A stretch of DNA of 64,000 nucleotides from the NCBI GenBank assembly GCA_018303945.1, contig JAGVXD010000001.1:2877-66876 (forward strand). Reading direction: 5' to 3'. The notes under the pieces were generated by a model. The model had not been told where the DNA came from. It saw nothing but the letters and a program-made list of their open reading frames with translations, and searched no databases. Each line of letters opens with the position of its first letter. Within the stretch, counting starts at the first letter, position 1. Positions 19,335 through 29,108 of the stretch are shown here, one piece after another. This DNA is from Candidatus Pacearchaeota archaeon. GTDB taxonomy: Archaea > Nanobdellota > Nanobdellia > Pacearchaeales > GW2011-AR1. Position numbers and translations under genes: made by a program.

Positions 19335-20594
19335 ATGAAATCCATAAACTACTTGGTTTCTATTGTTGCAGTGGTTGCACTGCTCATTGCACTCTTAGCG
19401 AGTGTAAGCGCAGCTGTAAACATCGAGAGCGTAGAAGTAAGCGGTATTGAAACTGAACCTGCGGGTTCTGTCAATGTTGCTGCATTCGCAGGACAAACAA
19501 TTCCTGTAAGAATACTCTTTGAAGCTACCGGAAACAATGAAAGCGACGTTGTAGTGAAAGCATGGATCTCTGGTGAAAGAGATTATAGGGTTACAACCAA
19601 GCGTTTTGCTGCCCTTGCAAGCGGCACTTACAGTGCCTTGCTTAATGTACAAGTGCCTAGCAATATAGACCCTGCTGAAAAATTAAGACTTCAAATCTTA
19701 ATTGAAAGCGAGTCAAGCGGAAGATTGGACTCCCGAGAAATCTCAATTGCGGCACAAAGAGAATCCTATCAGTTAGAGATTCTTGATGTGATATTTGACC
19801 CGAAAGTGCAAGCGGGTGAAACTTTGGCTGTAGATGTCATTTTATCAAATGACGGATACGAATTCGCCGATGATTCATTCGTTAAGATACGTGTTCCTGC
19901 CTTAGGCATTGAACGCAGAGCATACTTCGGCGACCTTTCACCAGTTGATCAGCCAGTGAGAGCAGAAAGCCCTGACCGGTTAGACAAAGAGGACACAACA
20001 GAACGCAGAATATATCTGCCAGTTCCTGCTAGTGCTCCTGCAGGCGTGTATGCCATAGAAATTGAAGCATACAACGAAGATGCGTCTATCTTGGTCAGCA
20101 AAAAACTTGCTGTCATGGCATCCAGCGATGCAAGCATTGTGGTTTCACCAAGCAAGAGCAAGACATTTAATGTCGGCTCACAGGGTACTTACTCTGTTAC
20201 CTTGGTTAATTCAGGCCAGAATGTGCGTGTATACGAGCTTGTAACTGAAGCCTCTGCAGATTTAAATGTAGAAGCAGAAGAAACAATCGTAGCAATTCCA
20301 GCAGGTACTAGCAAAACTGTAAAGGTTATGGCCAGCTCTTCAAAAGCGGGCGAATATCCTTTCAGCGTAAGCGTGTATTCTGACGGAAATCTTGTAAAGA
20401 AGGAAAGCTTCACAGCAAATGTAGAAGGTAGAACTAGAACTGGTGCAGGCACAGGTCGAACGACAACTCCTAATACGACTGTAGTTTTGACTGTTGTACT
20501 TGCTATCATATTTGTAGTTCTGCTTGTCGTACTAATCGTACTGCTAACAAGAAAACCTCAAAAAGCTGAAGAATTCGGCGAGAGTTACTACTAA
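19335..20594 (+). CDS. Secreted, membrane-anchored Ig-like (S-layer/CARDB-type) surface protein
   Basis: N-terminal signal peptide, beta-rich repeats, Thr/Gly linker, C-terminal TM helix and EEFGESYY tail. Confidence 0.75.
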   Translation: MKSINYLVSIVAVVALLIALLASVSAAVNIESVEVSGIETEPAGSVNVAAFAGQTIPVRILFEATGNNESDVVVKAWISGERDYRVTTKRFAALASGTYSALLNVQVPSNIDPAEKLRLQILIESESSGRLDSREISIAAQRESYQLEILDVIFDPKVQAGETLAVDVILSNDGYEFADDSFVKIRVPALGIERRAYFGDLSPVDQPVRAESPDRLDKEDTTERRIYLPVPASAPAGVYAIEIEAYNEDASILVSKKLAVMASSDASIVVSPSKSKTFNVGSQGTYSVTLVNSGQNVRVYELVTEASADLNVEAEETIVAIPAGTSKTVKVMASSSKAGEYPFSVSVYSDGNLVKKESFTANVEGRTRTGAGTGRTTTPNTTVVLTVVLAIIFVVLLVVLIVLLTRKPQKAEEFGESYY

Positions 20595-20784
20595 GTTTAA
20601 ACTTTATTTTTCTTTTTTTATTAACTTAGAACTCTTAACATAGATATTTCTGATATAGCGTGGAACATAAATTATTTTGTTTATTTATGTTCCCCGAATA
20701 TACTAACAGACAAACTGCTCAATTGTTTGAGTCTGTTAGTATAGACTAGGAATTTTTAAATAGCTCTAAAGTCTGACATTTAGA

Positions 20785-23700
20785 ATGGTTTATATAAAAA
20801 AAATGGTGATGCATGGCTTTAAAAGCTTTGCAAAACGCACAGAGGTATTTTTTGATAAGGGGATTAACGTAATTTTAGGTCCTAATGGGAGTGGCAAGTC
20901 AAACATTTCAGATAGTCTCTGCTTCGTATTGGGAAGGCTTTCCATAAAATCTATGCGTGCAGCTAAAGCAAGAAATCTTCTGTTTATGGGTTCAAAATAT
21001 ATAAAACCGGCTAAAGAAGCAAGCGTTGAAATAACCTTTGATAATTCAGACCGTGCTTTTGCTATAGAAAAAAATGAAATCACTCTTAAAAGAGTAGTGC
21101 GTTCAAATGGACAGGGAATATATAAAATTAACGACGAAACAAAAACTCGCCTGGAAGTTATTGAAATGCTTGCCCAGGCAGGCATAGATCCTTACGGCTT
21201 TAATCTTATACTTCAAGGTCAGATTCAGTCAATAGTAAAAATGCATCCTGAAGACAGGCGCAAGATTATAGAAGAAGTAGCTGGAATCTCTATATATGAA
21301 TCGAGAAAAGAGAAATCTCTTAAAGAGCTTGAGAAAACAGAAGAGAAACTAAAGGAAATTGGGGCAATTTTAAGAGAGCGTACAGCATACTTGAGAAATC
21401 TTGACCGCGAACGCTCCCAGGCCCTGCGTTTTAAAGAATTAGAACAAATAATGAGGCGCTGTAAAGCATCTATAATTCAGAAAAAAACACATGAGAAAGA
21501 GAAAGAAATTGCAAATATAGATAAATCCATAAACGAAAAGGGAGAATACAAAGAGAAAAACAAAGAGGAAATAAATAAAATACAGCAAGAACTTGAAAAA
21601 TATTCTGAAAGAATTAATGAAATTACCAAAAAAATACAACAAGCCACTGGTTTAGAGCAGGAAACACTTCATACTAATATAGCAAACCTGAAAGCCGAGC
21701 TGGAAGGCCTGCGCGTCCGTCTTGAAAATTACGAGAATAAAAAAGCAGAAATAAGCCGAAGAATGACTGAAATGGAGCGTTCAATACCTAGTTTGGAAGA
21801 GGAAATAAGAGAACTTAAAGACGAATCCCCGCTTGTTGCCCAAAAATCTCAAGAACTTAAAAAGAAAAAAGAAGAAATGACAAAATTAGAAGAAGAAAGG
21901 AAGAGAGTACTTGCGCTTAAAACGGAGCTGCATTCTGTCAAAGAGCGTATTAAAGACAAGGAAAGACAGCTTTCTCGCGCCTCGCTCACATCGGAAAACC
22001 TACTCAAACAGCTGGAAGAATACACTATGGACTTAACATACGAGAACGATAAATCTTGTGCAGATTCTATCATCTCACTTAGACAAAGTACAATCTCTTA
22101 CAAAGTTCAGCTTTCTGAAATAGCGCAGAGAGAATTAGAGAAAGAAAAAGCAATATCCGTTGCACAGTCCGAAATACAAAAATCCGAGAAAGTTAAAAAA
22201 GATGTTGAAAGCATGGATGTCTGCCCGCTTTGCAAGAGCCAAATAACTAAAGAACACATAGACCATGTAAACTCTGATGCAACATCTAAAATTGAATTAG
22301 CTAAAAGCTCAATAAGCTCAGCCATGCAAAATCTATCTGAAATACGCGAAAAAATTAAGACAATTCAGATATCTTTGCAGAATACTGAAAAAAAGATATC
22401 AGTCGCAGAAATAGAGCTGGTAAAGCATAAATCTGCTGCAGAAAAGAAAGAGCAATTGAAGAAGATGGTTGAAGAAGAAAGAATGCTTAAAGATGAGATT
22501 CTTACTTTAGAAAACAAAAGAAAGCAGCTTGAAGAAAAGACGCTTGATGTATCAAAAATAGAGGAGAAATATGATCAGACGATACTTGAGATAGAAGAAA
22601 TATCTTCAAGAACAGCAGAAGATGTAGACACTACATTATTGTACAAAGAGAGGGACTTGGAGAATATAAGGAGTATAATAAAAAGAAGCACAAGAGACCA
22701 TGGAGAAGTATCACAACAAATTGAAGAACTCCAAGCTTCTATGAAAGAGAAAAAGCATCGTCTTCAAGAAAAAGAATCACAGGAGCAGGATCTGCAAACA
22801 AGATTCAAGAAGATGTTTGAAGAAAGAGAGAATATACAAAAGCAAATTCAGGAGAAAAACCTCAAACTATCTGAAGTGCAAAGTGGCCTTAGAGCAATAG
22901 AAGAACAAATAAATTACCTTAAGATAGGAAAGGCGAAAATAGACGCTGAACATGAAGCCCTGCAAATGGAATATACTGAATTCAGCGAAGTTGAAATTAT
23001 CCAGGGTAGCATATCTTTCCTGGAAGAAAAGCTACAGAAAACCCAGGAGACTCTTCAGCAAATTGGTTCAATAAATATGCGCGCTTTGGAAGTATATAAA
23101 GAAGTGAAAAAAGAATATGATATTGTGCAGGAAAAAGTAAACACTTTAGATAAAGAAAAACAAGACATTGTTGCAATTATATCTGAAATAGACAATAAAA
23201 AGAGAAGGTCATTCATGAAGACATATAGGGCAATGAATGCATTATTCTCTGAAAACTTCTCTAAGCTATACTCTAAAGGAACTGCTTTCCTTGAACTTGA
23301 AAATGAAGAAGACCTCTTTTCTGGAGGAGTCAACATAGTGGTAAAACTTGCAAAGAGCAAATATTTCGATGTAACTTCTCTCTCTGGAGGAGAGCAGACC
23401 TTAGTTGCGCTCTCCCTTCTTTTTGCCATACAGGAATACAAACCATATCACTTCTATGTTTTTGATGAGATTGACGCGGCATTGGACAAACGAAATTCAG
23501 AACGTCTTGCAGGACTCTTAAACCAGTATATGAAGTCTGGACAATACATAGTCATAACTCACAACGATGCAATAATATTGAACTCTCATTTATTATATGG
23601 TGTGAGCATGCACGATGGAGTTTCCAAGGTGCTAAGTCTTAACATAAAAGACTCCATACCTCAAGAATATCTCCAGCCTGAAAAAAAACCTGAACAAATG

Positions 23701-23889
23701 CCACAAGCTTATCTTCAAAAAGCTACAGAAGAATCTTTAAAGCGGGAAATTGCAGAGCATGCCAAAGAAGAGATAGCCTACAATGTGGCCCCTCTTGCTA
23801 ATGAAACGATTGAAGAATCTATACGGGAAGAGGAAGTGAAAGATAATATGTCGAGCAACAATGCCAATCAAGAAACAACAGGTGATTAA
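20785..23889 (+). CDS. smc: Chromosome partition protein Smc (hinge absent, central CPLC zinc-hook motif)
   Basis: GFKSF, GPNGSGKSNI.D, ILQG Q-loop, INMRA, LSGGE, FDEIDAALD, ITH; CPLC at residues 480-483. Confidence 0.9.
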   Translation: MVYIKKMVMHGFKSFAKRTEVFFDKGINVILGPNGSGKSNISDSLCFVLGRLSIKSMRAAKARNLLFMGSKYIKPAKEASVEITFDNSDRAFAIEKNEITLKRVVRSNGQGIYKINDETKTRLEVIEMLAQAGIDPYGFNLILQGQIQSIVKMHPEDRRKIIEEVAGISIYESRKEKSLKELEKTEEKLKEIGAILRERTAYLRNLDRERSQALRFKELEQIMRRCKASIIQKKTHEKEKEIANIDKSINEKGEYKEKNKEEINKIQQELEKYSERINEITKKIQQATGLEQETLHTNIANLKAELEGLRVRLENYENKKAEISRRMTEMERSIPSLEEEIRELKDESPLVAQKSQELKKKKEEMTKLEEERKRVLALKTELHSVKERIKDKERQLSRASLTSENLLKQLEEYTMDLTYENDKSCADSIISLRQSTISYKVQLSEIAQRELEKEKAISVAQSEIQKSEKVKKDVESMDVCPLCKSQITKEHIDHVNSDATSKIELAKSSISSAMQNLSEIREKIKTIQISLQNTEKKISVAEIELVKHKSAAEKKEQLKKMVEEERMLKDEILTLENKRKQLEEKTLDVSKIEEKYDQTILEIEEISSRTAEDVDTTLLYKERDLENIRSIIKRSTRDHGEVSQQIEELQASMKEKKHRLQEKESQEQDLQTRFKKMFEERENIQKQIQEKNLKLSEVQSGLRAIEEQINYLKIGKAKIDAEHEALQMEYTEFSEVEIIQGSISFLEEKLQKTQETLQQIGSINMRALEVYKEVKKEYDIVQEKVNTLDKEKQDIVAIISEIDNKKRRSFMKTYRAMNALFSENFSKLYSKGTAFLELENEEDLFSGGVNIVVKLAKSKYFDVTSLSGGEQTLVALSLLFAIQEYKPYHFYVFDEIDAALDKRNSERLAGLLNQYMKSGQYIVITHNDAIILNSHLLYGVSMHDGVSKVLSLNIKDSIPQEYLQPEKKPEQMPQAYLQKATEESLKREIAEHAKEEIAYNVAPLANETIEESIREEEVKDNMSSNNANQETTGD

Positions 23890-24043
23890 ATTTTCACCCT
23901 AACGCCAAGCAGTACATCTAAAAATCTCTCTTAGATAAAAACTTAAACATTCATGAAATCATTTTTTAAAATTTATAATAGCCCCGTAGAGAAACATAAT
24001 AATCTTCGATATGTGGCAATTATGAATTATTAAATACTGCAAT

Positions 24044-24718
24044 TTAGCTAAATCCTTCCAATTTAGATTGGCCTGCTACCGGAAACAGAGCTTTCCATGT
24101 TGCCCAAGAAGTCCGTATTATCCCGGATTTTTCTAATTTTTTTCCTTGTTTCTTTAGGAACGCCTGTGTTGCGGGATCAGAAGGATAGCCGGAGCCTATA
24201 CTCCCATATTCAGCTTTAAGCTTGCTGATTGCCTCTTCTCTTTCTACTTTAGCCAGAATAGAGGCTGCTGAAACAACAGGATGATTGACATCTGCCTTAT
24301 GCTCGCATAATAATTCTATATCTTCTGTTTGTTTTAAATAGTTAAGAAGAGTTATTCTCCAAGCGGAAGTGTTCACCGAAGGGCAATCAACTATAATCCT
24401 GACTTTTTCTTTTATTCCAACTAGAAGCGAATTTATTATTTCAGCTGCCTTAATTGCTTCAAGAGTGTTTAAATTAACCCTTGAGTTTATAGAGTGATCT
24501 ATTTCTTTAGGCGTTGCAGAAGCTAATTTATACTTCAGGCAAACATCCTTAATCATTCCTGCAAGTCTTATACGTTTTGGATGAAGAAGCATCTTTGAAT
24601 CCGCCACCCCCTCGGCCTTTAATTCCTTTTCCTGTTCAGGTCGCAACAAAACGCCTGCAAGGAACATTGGACCGATTATTGGCCCTCTCCCTGCATCATC
24701 AATTCCCAATAATAACAT
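24044..24718 (-). CDS. rnhB: Ribonuclease HII
   Basis: GIDDAGRGP, DSK, EHKAD, VSAASILAK, GSGYPSD. Confidence 0.97.
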   Translation of the reverse strand: MLLLGIDDAGRGPIIGPMFLAGVLLRPEQEKELKAEGVADSKMLLHPKRIRLAGMIKDVCLKYKLASATPKEIDHSINSRVNLNTLEAIKAAEIINSLLVGIKEKVRIIVDCPSVNTSAWRITLLNYLKQTEDIELLCEHKADVNHPVVSAASILAKVEREEAISKLKAEYGSIGSGYPSDPATQAFLKKQGKKLEKSGIIRTSWATWKALFPVAGQSKLEGFS

Positions 24719-24763
24719 TATATTGATAGAAAAACCGTGCTTATATTTCTTGCTCTGGTTACA

Positions 24764-24805
24764 TTATTGTTCCAAATTGGTCTTATACCCCTCAGCTTGC
24801 CACGA
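24764..24805. repeat. Dispersed 42-bp repeat, copy 1 (possible IS200/IS605-end remnant)
   Basis: 34/42 identity with 29386-29427. Confidence 0.6.
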
Positions 24806-24817
24806 TAGAATTTTTTA

Positions 24818-25762
24818 TTATTTAGTGCATAACACCAGAGAATAAGAGCCGTCTGATGATTCGTATATTTTTACATTCTTGAAATACATATGCAAATAGC
24901 TCATGAACTCTTCTTTTTCGTATTGATATGCAAGAGCGACTATAATCTGGTCCCCCTTATAGAAATGAACTTCTTTTTCTTGGAACTTGAGAGTCTTGTT
25001 AGATAATAAAGTGTAATAAAACTCTATGCGTGAGTTAGAAAATCTAACATTATATTCGATAGTGTCGCGAGCCAGCCCTAATTGCAAGGGTATATATGAC
25101 AGAAAGATATCAAAGCCCTTGTTTTCCTTGCAGGACTTAACTATATCTTCTTCAACTTTATGGTTATCTAATCCATTGCCAATAAGAAGCAAATCTCCAT
25201 CGCGCATACCACTTCTTATTTCATGCAGAAGTTCGTGAATCTCAAAATTACCTAAGGTATTTCCCAGCAGAAGAAATAAATTTCTTTTATATTCGCTCTT
25301 GCGCAATAGAGGAGTTATATTCTCCAAATTCTCAAAGTCTGAAATATTCCACTGAAACTCCACAATCTCTGCAGCGTCTAGCTTCTTTATATTTTCAATA
25401 GCATTTTCAACCATGTAACCGCTTATATCAATGGGGCAATATCTAAATTTTATTCTTCCTTTCATATTCTCTATTAGAAGGGCTGCTTTTTTGCCGTTGC
25501 CGCAGCCAAGGTCTATTATGTTGACTGGTTTTTTGCCTAATTCTTTTATTATAGAATCCATATTTTCCTTGAGCAAGCTTAGCTCTTTAGGACCTATACC
25601 TTCCTTGTATTTTTGCGTTTCAACCAAGTCCAGATAAGCTTGAGCTTGTTCTGGCGTAAGATACCAAAGTTTAGAATCTGAAATGTCCCAGACTCTTGTG
25701 CGTCCTTGAAGAGAATATCCTCTTTTTAACAGTTCTTTAAGAATTAAATCGTTAACCTGCAT
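24818..25762 (-). CDS. EgtD/Methyltransf_33-family SAM-dependent methyltransferase
   Basis: KLWY, IDLGCGNGKK, PIDIS, LGNTLGNF, GDLLLIG. Confidence 0.85.
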   Translation of the reverse strand: MQVNDLILKELLKRGYSLQGRTRVWDISDSKLWYLTPEQAQAYLDLVETQKYKEGIGPKELSLLKENMDSIIKELGKKPVNIIDLGCGNGKKAALLIENMKGRIKFRYCPIDISGYMVENAIENIKKLDAAEIVEFQWNISDFENLENITPLLRKSEYKRNLFLLLGNTLGNFEIHELLHEIRSGMRDGDLLLIGNGLDNHKVEEDIVKSCKENKGFDIFLSYIPLQLGLARDTIEYNVRFSNSRIEFYYTLLSNKTLKFQEKEVHFYKGDQIIVALAYQYEKEEFMSYLHMYFKNVKIYESSDGSYSLVLCTK

Positions 25763-25870
25763 AACAATTCAAGTTTGGACCCTTTTTATGTTTTTTCATT
25801 GAGCAATTTCACTACAAAGTTGGCATAACAACAGGAAGATTTAAAAGCATTTTTTTGTTTTCCTTTTCAT

Positions 25871-25943
25871 GCCCTGATAGTCTAGTGGTCAAGGACGAGG
25901 CCCTTTCGCGGCCTAAACCCGGGTTCAAATCCCGGTCGGGGCA
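25871..25943 (+). tRNA. tRNA-Glu(TTC)
   Basis: GCCCTGA/TCGGGGC acceptor stem; AGGCC-CTTTCGC-GGCCT anticodon arm; GGTTCAAATCC T arm. Confidence 0.96.
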
Positions 25944-25998
25944 TTATACCATTTTATCCGGGCATGATACATTACCAGATTTCAACCATATTCTAAAA

Positions 25999-26037
25999 GG
26001 TGACCACAAATTAGAAATATTTATAAACGTGGGCACC
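25999..26037. repeat. Bipartite inverted element GGTGACCAC-N21-GTGGGCACC bracketing the Fic promoter
   Basis: The arms flank TTTATAAA; the element recurs at the gene 3' end. Confidence 0.6.
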
Positions 26038-26048
26038 TTAGATATATC

Positions 26049-26975
26049 ATGTATATAGAAAAAAGAAAGGTTGGTAAGAGCATAAAGTATTATCTTGTTC
26101 ATTCATATAGAGAAAAAGATAAGGTAGAAAAAATAAGAAAATATCTAGGGATTAATCTTTCTGAATCTGAACTAGAAAAAAGAAAAGAAGAAACTACAAA
26201 AGTTATATCTGAGTTATTAGAAGATATAAACACAAAGATATTCTCTTTCACATTATCAAAAAAGCAAGTTGAACTATTAAATAATTATAATAATAAAATA
26301 AGAATATTACATCTAAGTGAAGCGGAATGGAAAAAATTTACCGAAGAGTTCGTCTATAACACAAATGCGATAGAAGGCTCAACAGTAACTCAAGAAGAAG
26401 TTCCAGAAATATTAAATAAAGAAATAGTCGAGAACTCAGAAGAAATTGAAACTCAAGGAGTTGCCAATGCAATAAACTATCTAAGAGACACAAAAGAAGA
26501 ATTATCTTTGAATTTATTATTAAAACTTCATGAGTTATGCTTTAAAGGATCAAAACCTTTTGCAGGCAAATTCAGAGAAGTTAACGTGGTAGTTAGAAAC
26601 TCTATTGGACAAGTCCTTCATGCAGGCGTTCCTAAAGAAGAATTAGAAGATTATCTTAAAGATTTTATTAATTGGTATAAAAATAACAAAAATAAGTTTA
26701 AACCTCTTGTCTTGGCTGCAATAATTCATAATCAGTTTGAACATATACATCCATTCCAAGATGGAAATGGAAGAGTTGGAAGATTGTTATTGAACTATAT
26801 CTTGCTCAAAAGGGGTTACCCCCCAATAAACATTAAACTTGAGGACAGGCAAGAATATTATAAAACCTTGCAAGAATATTCTAAAAATGATAATTTAAAA
26901 CCAACTTTGAAGTTTTTGATTAAACAATATAAGAAGACACTTAAAGAGGTGTCTACAAAAAGTAAAAATTACTAG
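26049..26975 (+). CDS. Fic-domain protein (AMP transferase, autoinhibited class)
   Basis: HPFQDGNGRVGR catalytic motif; TNAIEG inhibitory helix; basic N-terminal domain. Confidence 0.95.
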   Translation: MYIEKRKVGKSIKYYLVHSYREKDKVEKIRKYLGINLSESELEKRKEETTKVISELLEDINTKIFSFTLSKKQVELLNNYNNKIRILHLSEAEWKKFTEEFVYNTNAIEGSTVTQEEVPEILNKEIVENSEEIETQGVANAINYLRDTKEELSLNLLLKLHELCFKGSKPFAGKFREVNVVVRNSIGQVLHAGVPKEELEDYLKDFINWYKNNKNKFKPLVLAAIIHNQFEHIHPFQDGNGRVGRLLLNYILLKRGYPPINIKLEDRQEYYKTLQEYSKNDNLKPTLKFLIKQYKKTLKEVSTKSKNY

Positions 26976-26987
26976 CTTGTGGGCACC
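26948..26987. repeat. Second copy of the bipartite element, GGTGTCTAC-N22-GTGGGCACC
   Basis: Spans the Fic stop codon; the right arm is identical to 26029-26037. Confidence 0.6.
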
Positions 26988-27237
26988 AGTATTTAGAAAA
27001 TCGCTTCTACCCTCAAGTTAAAGCTCAACTATTTAAACTATTATCGACGTATAATCTTGTACAAAAGTTGTATAAGAAATGCCCACTAAACTGGACAAAA
27101 GTATCTCGATGTCGGTAGGGGCATTCACACATAAAAACGCCAACCCTCATACAGGGCATTGAATTGGAGGAAGTTCAAATCCCCTACGCGGATTTGAGAT
27201 TGATAAAATATTTTAAATAAAAAACAGATGAAATAAT

Positions 27238-27615
27238 ATGGATAAGAAAACACTTCATAAAAAATGGTATTTTCGATTGCTTCAAGTAATATTTCTGGGA
27301 TTTTTCATATTCTTTATAATTGTATGTATTCGTGGTATTTTTTACGGAGAGGGTGAGCCATTTGTTGGATTCATCTTCGCAGGTATTTTAGCTATTGTGT
27401 ACTGGCTAATCATGAGAAATAAAGGTTCGATGGGCGGGTTTGTTTTTGGAGTACTAATTGATTTTATTTTTTTATTCATATTACATAAAATTTATCCTGA
27501 AGAAGACATAGCAGGAATAGTAATCATTAGCTTATTATTGAGTGGATTATTTTTTGCATTTATAGGTTATTTGACTCAAAAATACTTTGAAAAAAAGAGC
27601 AAGATAAAAAGGTGA
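27238..27615 (+). CDS. Small membrane protein (about 4 TM helices)
   Basis: Four hydrophobic stretches; TATA-like element upstream. Confidence 0.65.
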   Translation: MDKKTLHKKWYFRLLQVIFLGFFIFFIIVCIRGIFYGEGEPFVGFIFAGILAIVYWLIMRNKGSMGGFVFGVLIDFIFLFILHKIYPEEDIAGIVIISLLLSGLFFAFIGYLTQKYFEKKSKIKR

Positions 27616-27796
27616 AAAATATTTAACAAGCTTATACTCAAAAAATCGGAGGAAAAAGCAAGAAAAAACTTGAAGTATCCGAATTTGCCTAATGGGCAAC
27701 CCCTTCCTGAGGCATAGAACATAAATCCATGCCCAACATGGGATTTGAATAAAATAATTTCAAGTTGTTGAAGAAGCTCTTGGCAATGGGAGAGTT

Positions 27797-28168
27797 TTGG
27801 AGAGAAATATATCAGAAATATTTGATGGCATTAGTTATGTTGAGCAGAATGCGCCAAATCTTGAAAGAAATATTCGTGCACTTATTGACCGAGAACTTAA
27901 TTCTAGGCAAGGAATCCACCCATCATCAAAGATACTTAAAGATATGATGAGAATTTCAAAGAAATGGAATGATTTAGTTAAGAAACTAAGAAAGAAGTAT
28001 CCAAATAAGTCTAAAAAAGAGATTTTAAGGATGGCTAAAAAACAATATGGGAAAGAAGAGGAGGCTTTGAATAATTCAGAGCTTTTTAGTCAAAAAGAAC
28101 TGATTGAATTGCATAATAGAAAAGTCAGACGAACTAGGAAGAAAATAGATGAACTGATTGGAATTTAG
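27797..28168 (+). CDS. Hypothetical basic protein
   Basis: 123-aa ORF; start uncertain (TTG). Confidence 0.45.
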   Translation: MERNISEIFDGISYVEQNAPNLERNIRALIDRELNSRQGIHPSSKILKDMMRISKKWNDLVKKLRKKYPNKSKKEILRMAKKQYGKEEEALNNSELFSQKELIELHNRKVRRTRKKIDELIGI

Positions 28169-28196
28169 AAAGACGATAAGGGATGAAATTACTTCT

Positions 28197-28331
28197 ATGA
28201 AAAGAAGCGGAACGGCCACTTTAGATTTTAAAAGAATAAACAAACATAAATGTGAGGTTTGTAAGAATAACAAAGCTAAGCTAATCAAACAAGGCAAGTA
28301 TCTATGCAAAAGATGTGCTTTTTATGGGTAG
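28197..28331 (+). CDS. Small C4 zinc-finger protein, 44 aa
   Basis: Not in the ORF track: MKRSGTATLDFKRINKHKCEVCKNNKAKLIKQGKYLCKRCAFYG. Confidence 0.55.
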   Translation: MKRSGTATLDFKRINKHKCEVCKNNKAKLIKQGKYLCKRCAFYG

Positions 28332-28438
28332 AAACACCTTATAGCAAACTATCTTTGATGAGATGTAAATAACTATACCTAAAATATTTTTTATTAAGGT
28401 AAACTTTAAAAGCGTTGATTTTATAGTTATTTTGAGAA

Positions 28439-28540
28439 GGTCTCATAAGCTAGCGGTAAACTGACTCGTTTACAAGTGTAATGTTAAACGTCAAAACACT
28501 AAAAGCCGAGTATTCCGAGGTTCAACTCCTCGTGGGACCA
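28439..28540 (+). tRNA. tRNA-Val(TAC) with 31-nt intron (28475-28505) at position 37/38
   Basis: ACTCG/CGAGT anticodon stem and a canonical bulge-helix-bulge (TTTA:TAAA helix, CAA and AGC bulges, GTGT:ACAC). Confidence 0.93.
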
Positions 28541-28842
28541 TTTATAAACAAAGATAGTTAAATTAATATAACTTTTATTATTAGTAAAAGTCTAGGAAAT
28601 ATATGTTATGGTTTACACCAATACCATGGTTTTACTAACCAATTCTAATAACATTTTATAATCCCGTTAAAATCTCCTCTATAAATCATCATACCCCATA
28701 AATCATACAGCTACTCTCATTTACTGGGATGTTGATATGTTTAAACTTGTTTTTTGGTGGTATTTATAATAGGTTTAGGTTAATCTTTCTAACTCTATTA
28801 CTCTCTTTCTTAGAATATTATTCTCTTCCTTTAATTCTTTTA

Positions 28843-29064
28843 TTACCTATCTGAAAATGGAAACGCTTTTTTCTTCAAGATGGAATGCATCAAAATAGCT
28901 CCTTCAAGAGTGTCTCTTCCTAAAGGAATATCTTCTCTTTTCCGGTCGTTTTCATGGGGAGATTTGTCATGCATTGATTCATAGGCAAACCATCCCAATG
29001 CCAGTATATAATACACTCCGGACGCTAATGCTTCTAGTACTTTGTATGGAAAAGTATAAGCCAT
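28843..29064 (-). CDS. Small hypothetical membrane protein
   Basis: One hydrophobic helix; own TATA-like element. Confidence 0.45.
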   Translation of the reverse strand: MAYTFPYKVLEALASGVYYILALGWFAYESMHDKSPHENDRKREDIPLGRDTLEGAILMHSILKKKAFPFSDR

Positions 29065-29108
29065 GTAATTATAGATATTAAGACATATAAAAAATTATCG
29101 TTCACTGA

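Noticed and set aside
20785-23889. Calling the CPLC-containing ATPase Rad50/SbcC
   Set aside because: The head motifs (KSNI.D, INMRA, DEIDAALD) are Smc-type rather than Rad50-type (DEPT..LD). There is no adjacent mre11, and scpA is nearby.
25855-26058. 67-aa ORF
   Set aside because: It overlaps tRNA-Glu and the Fic promoter.
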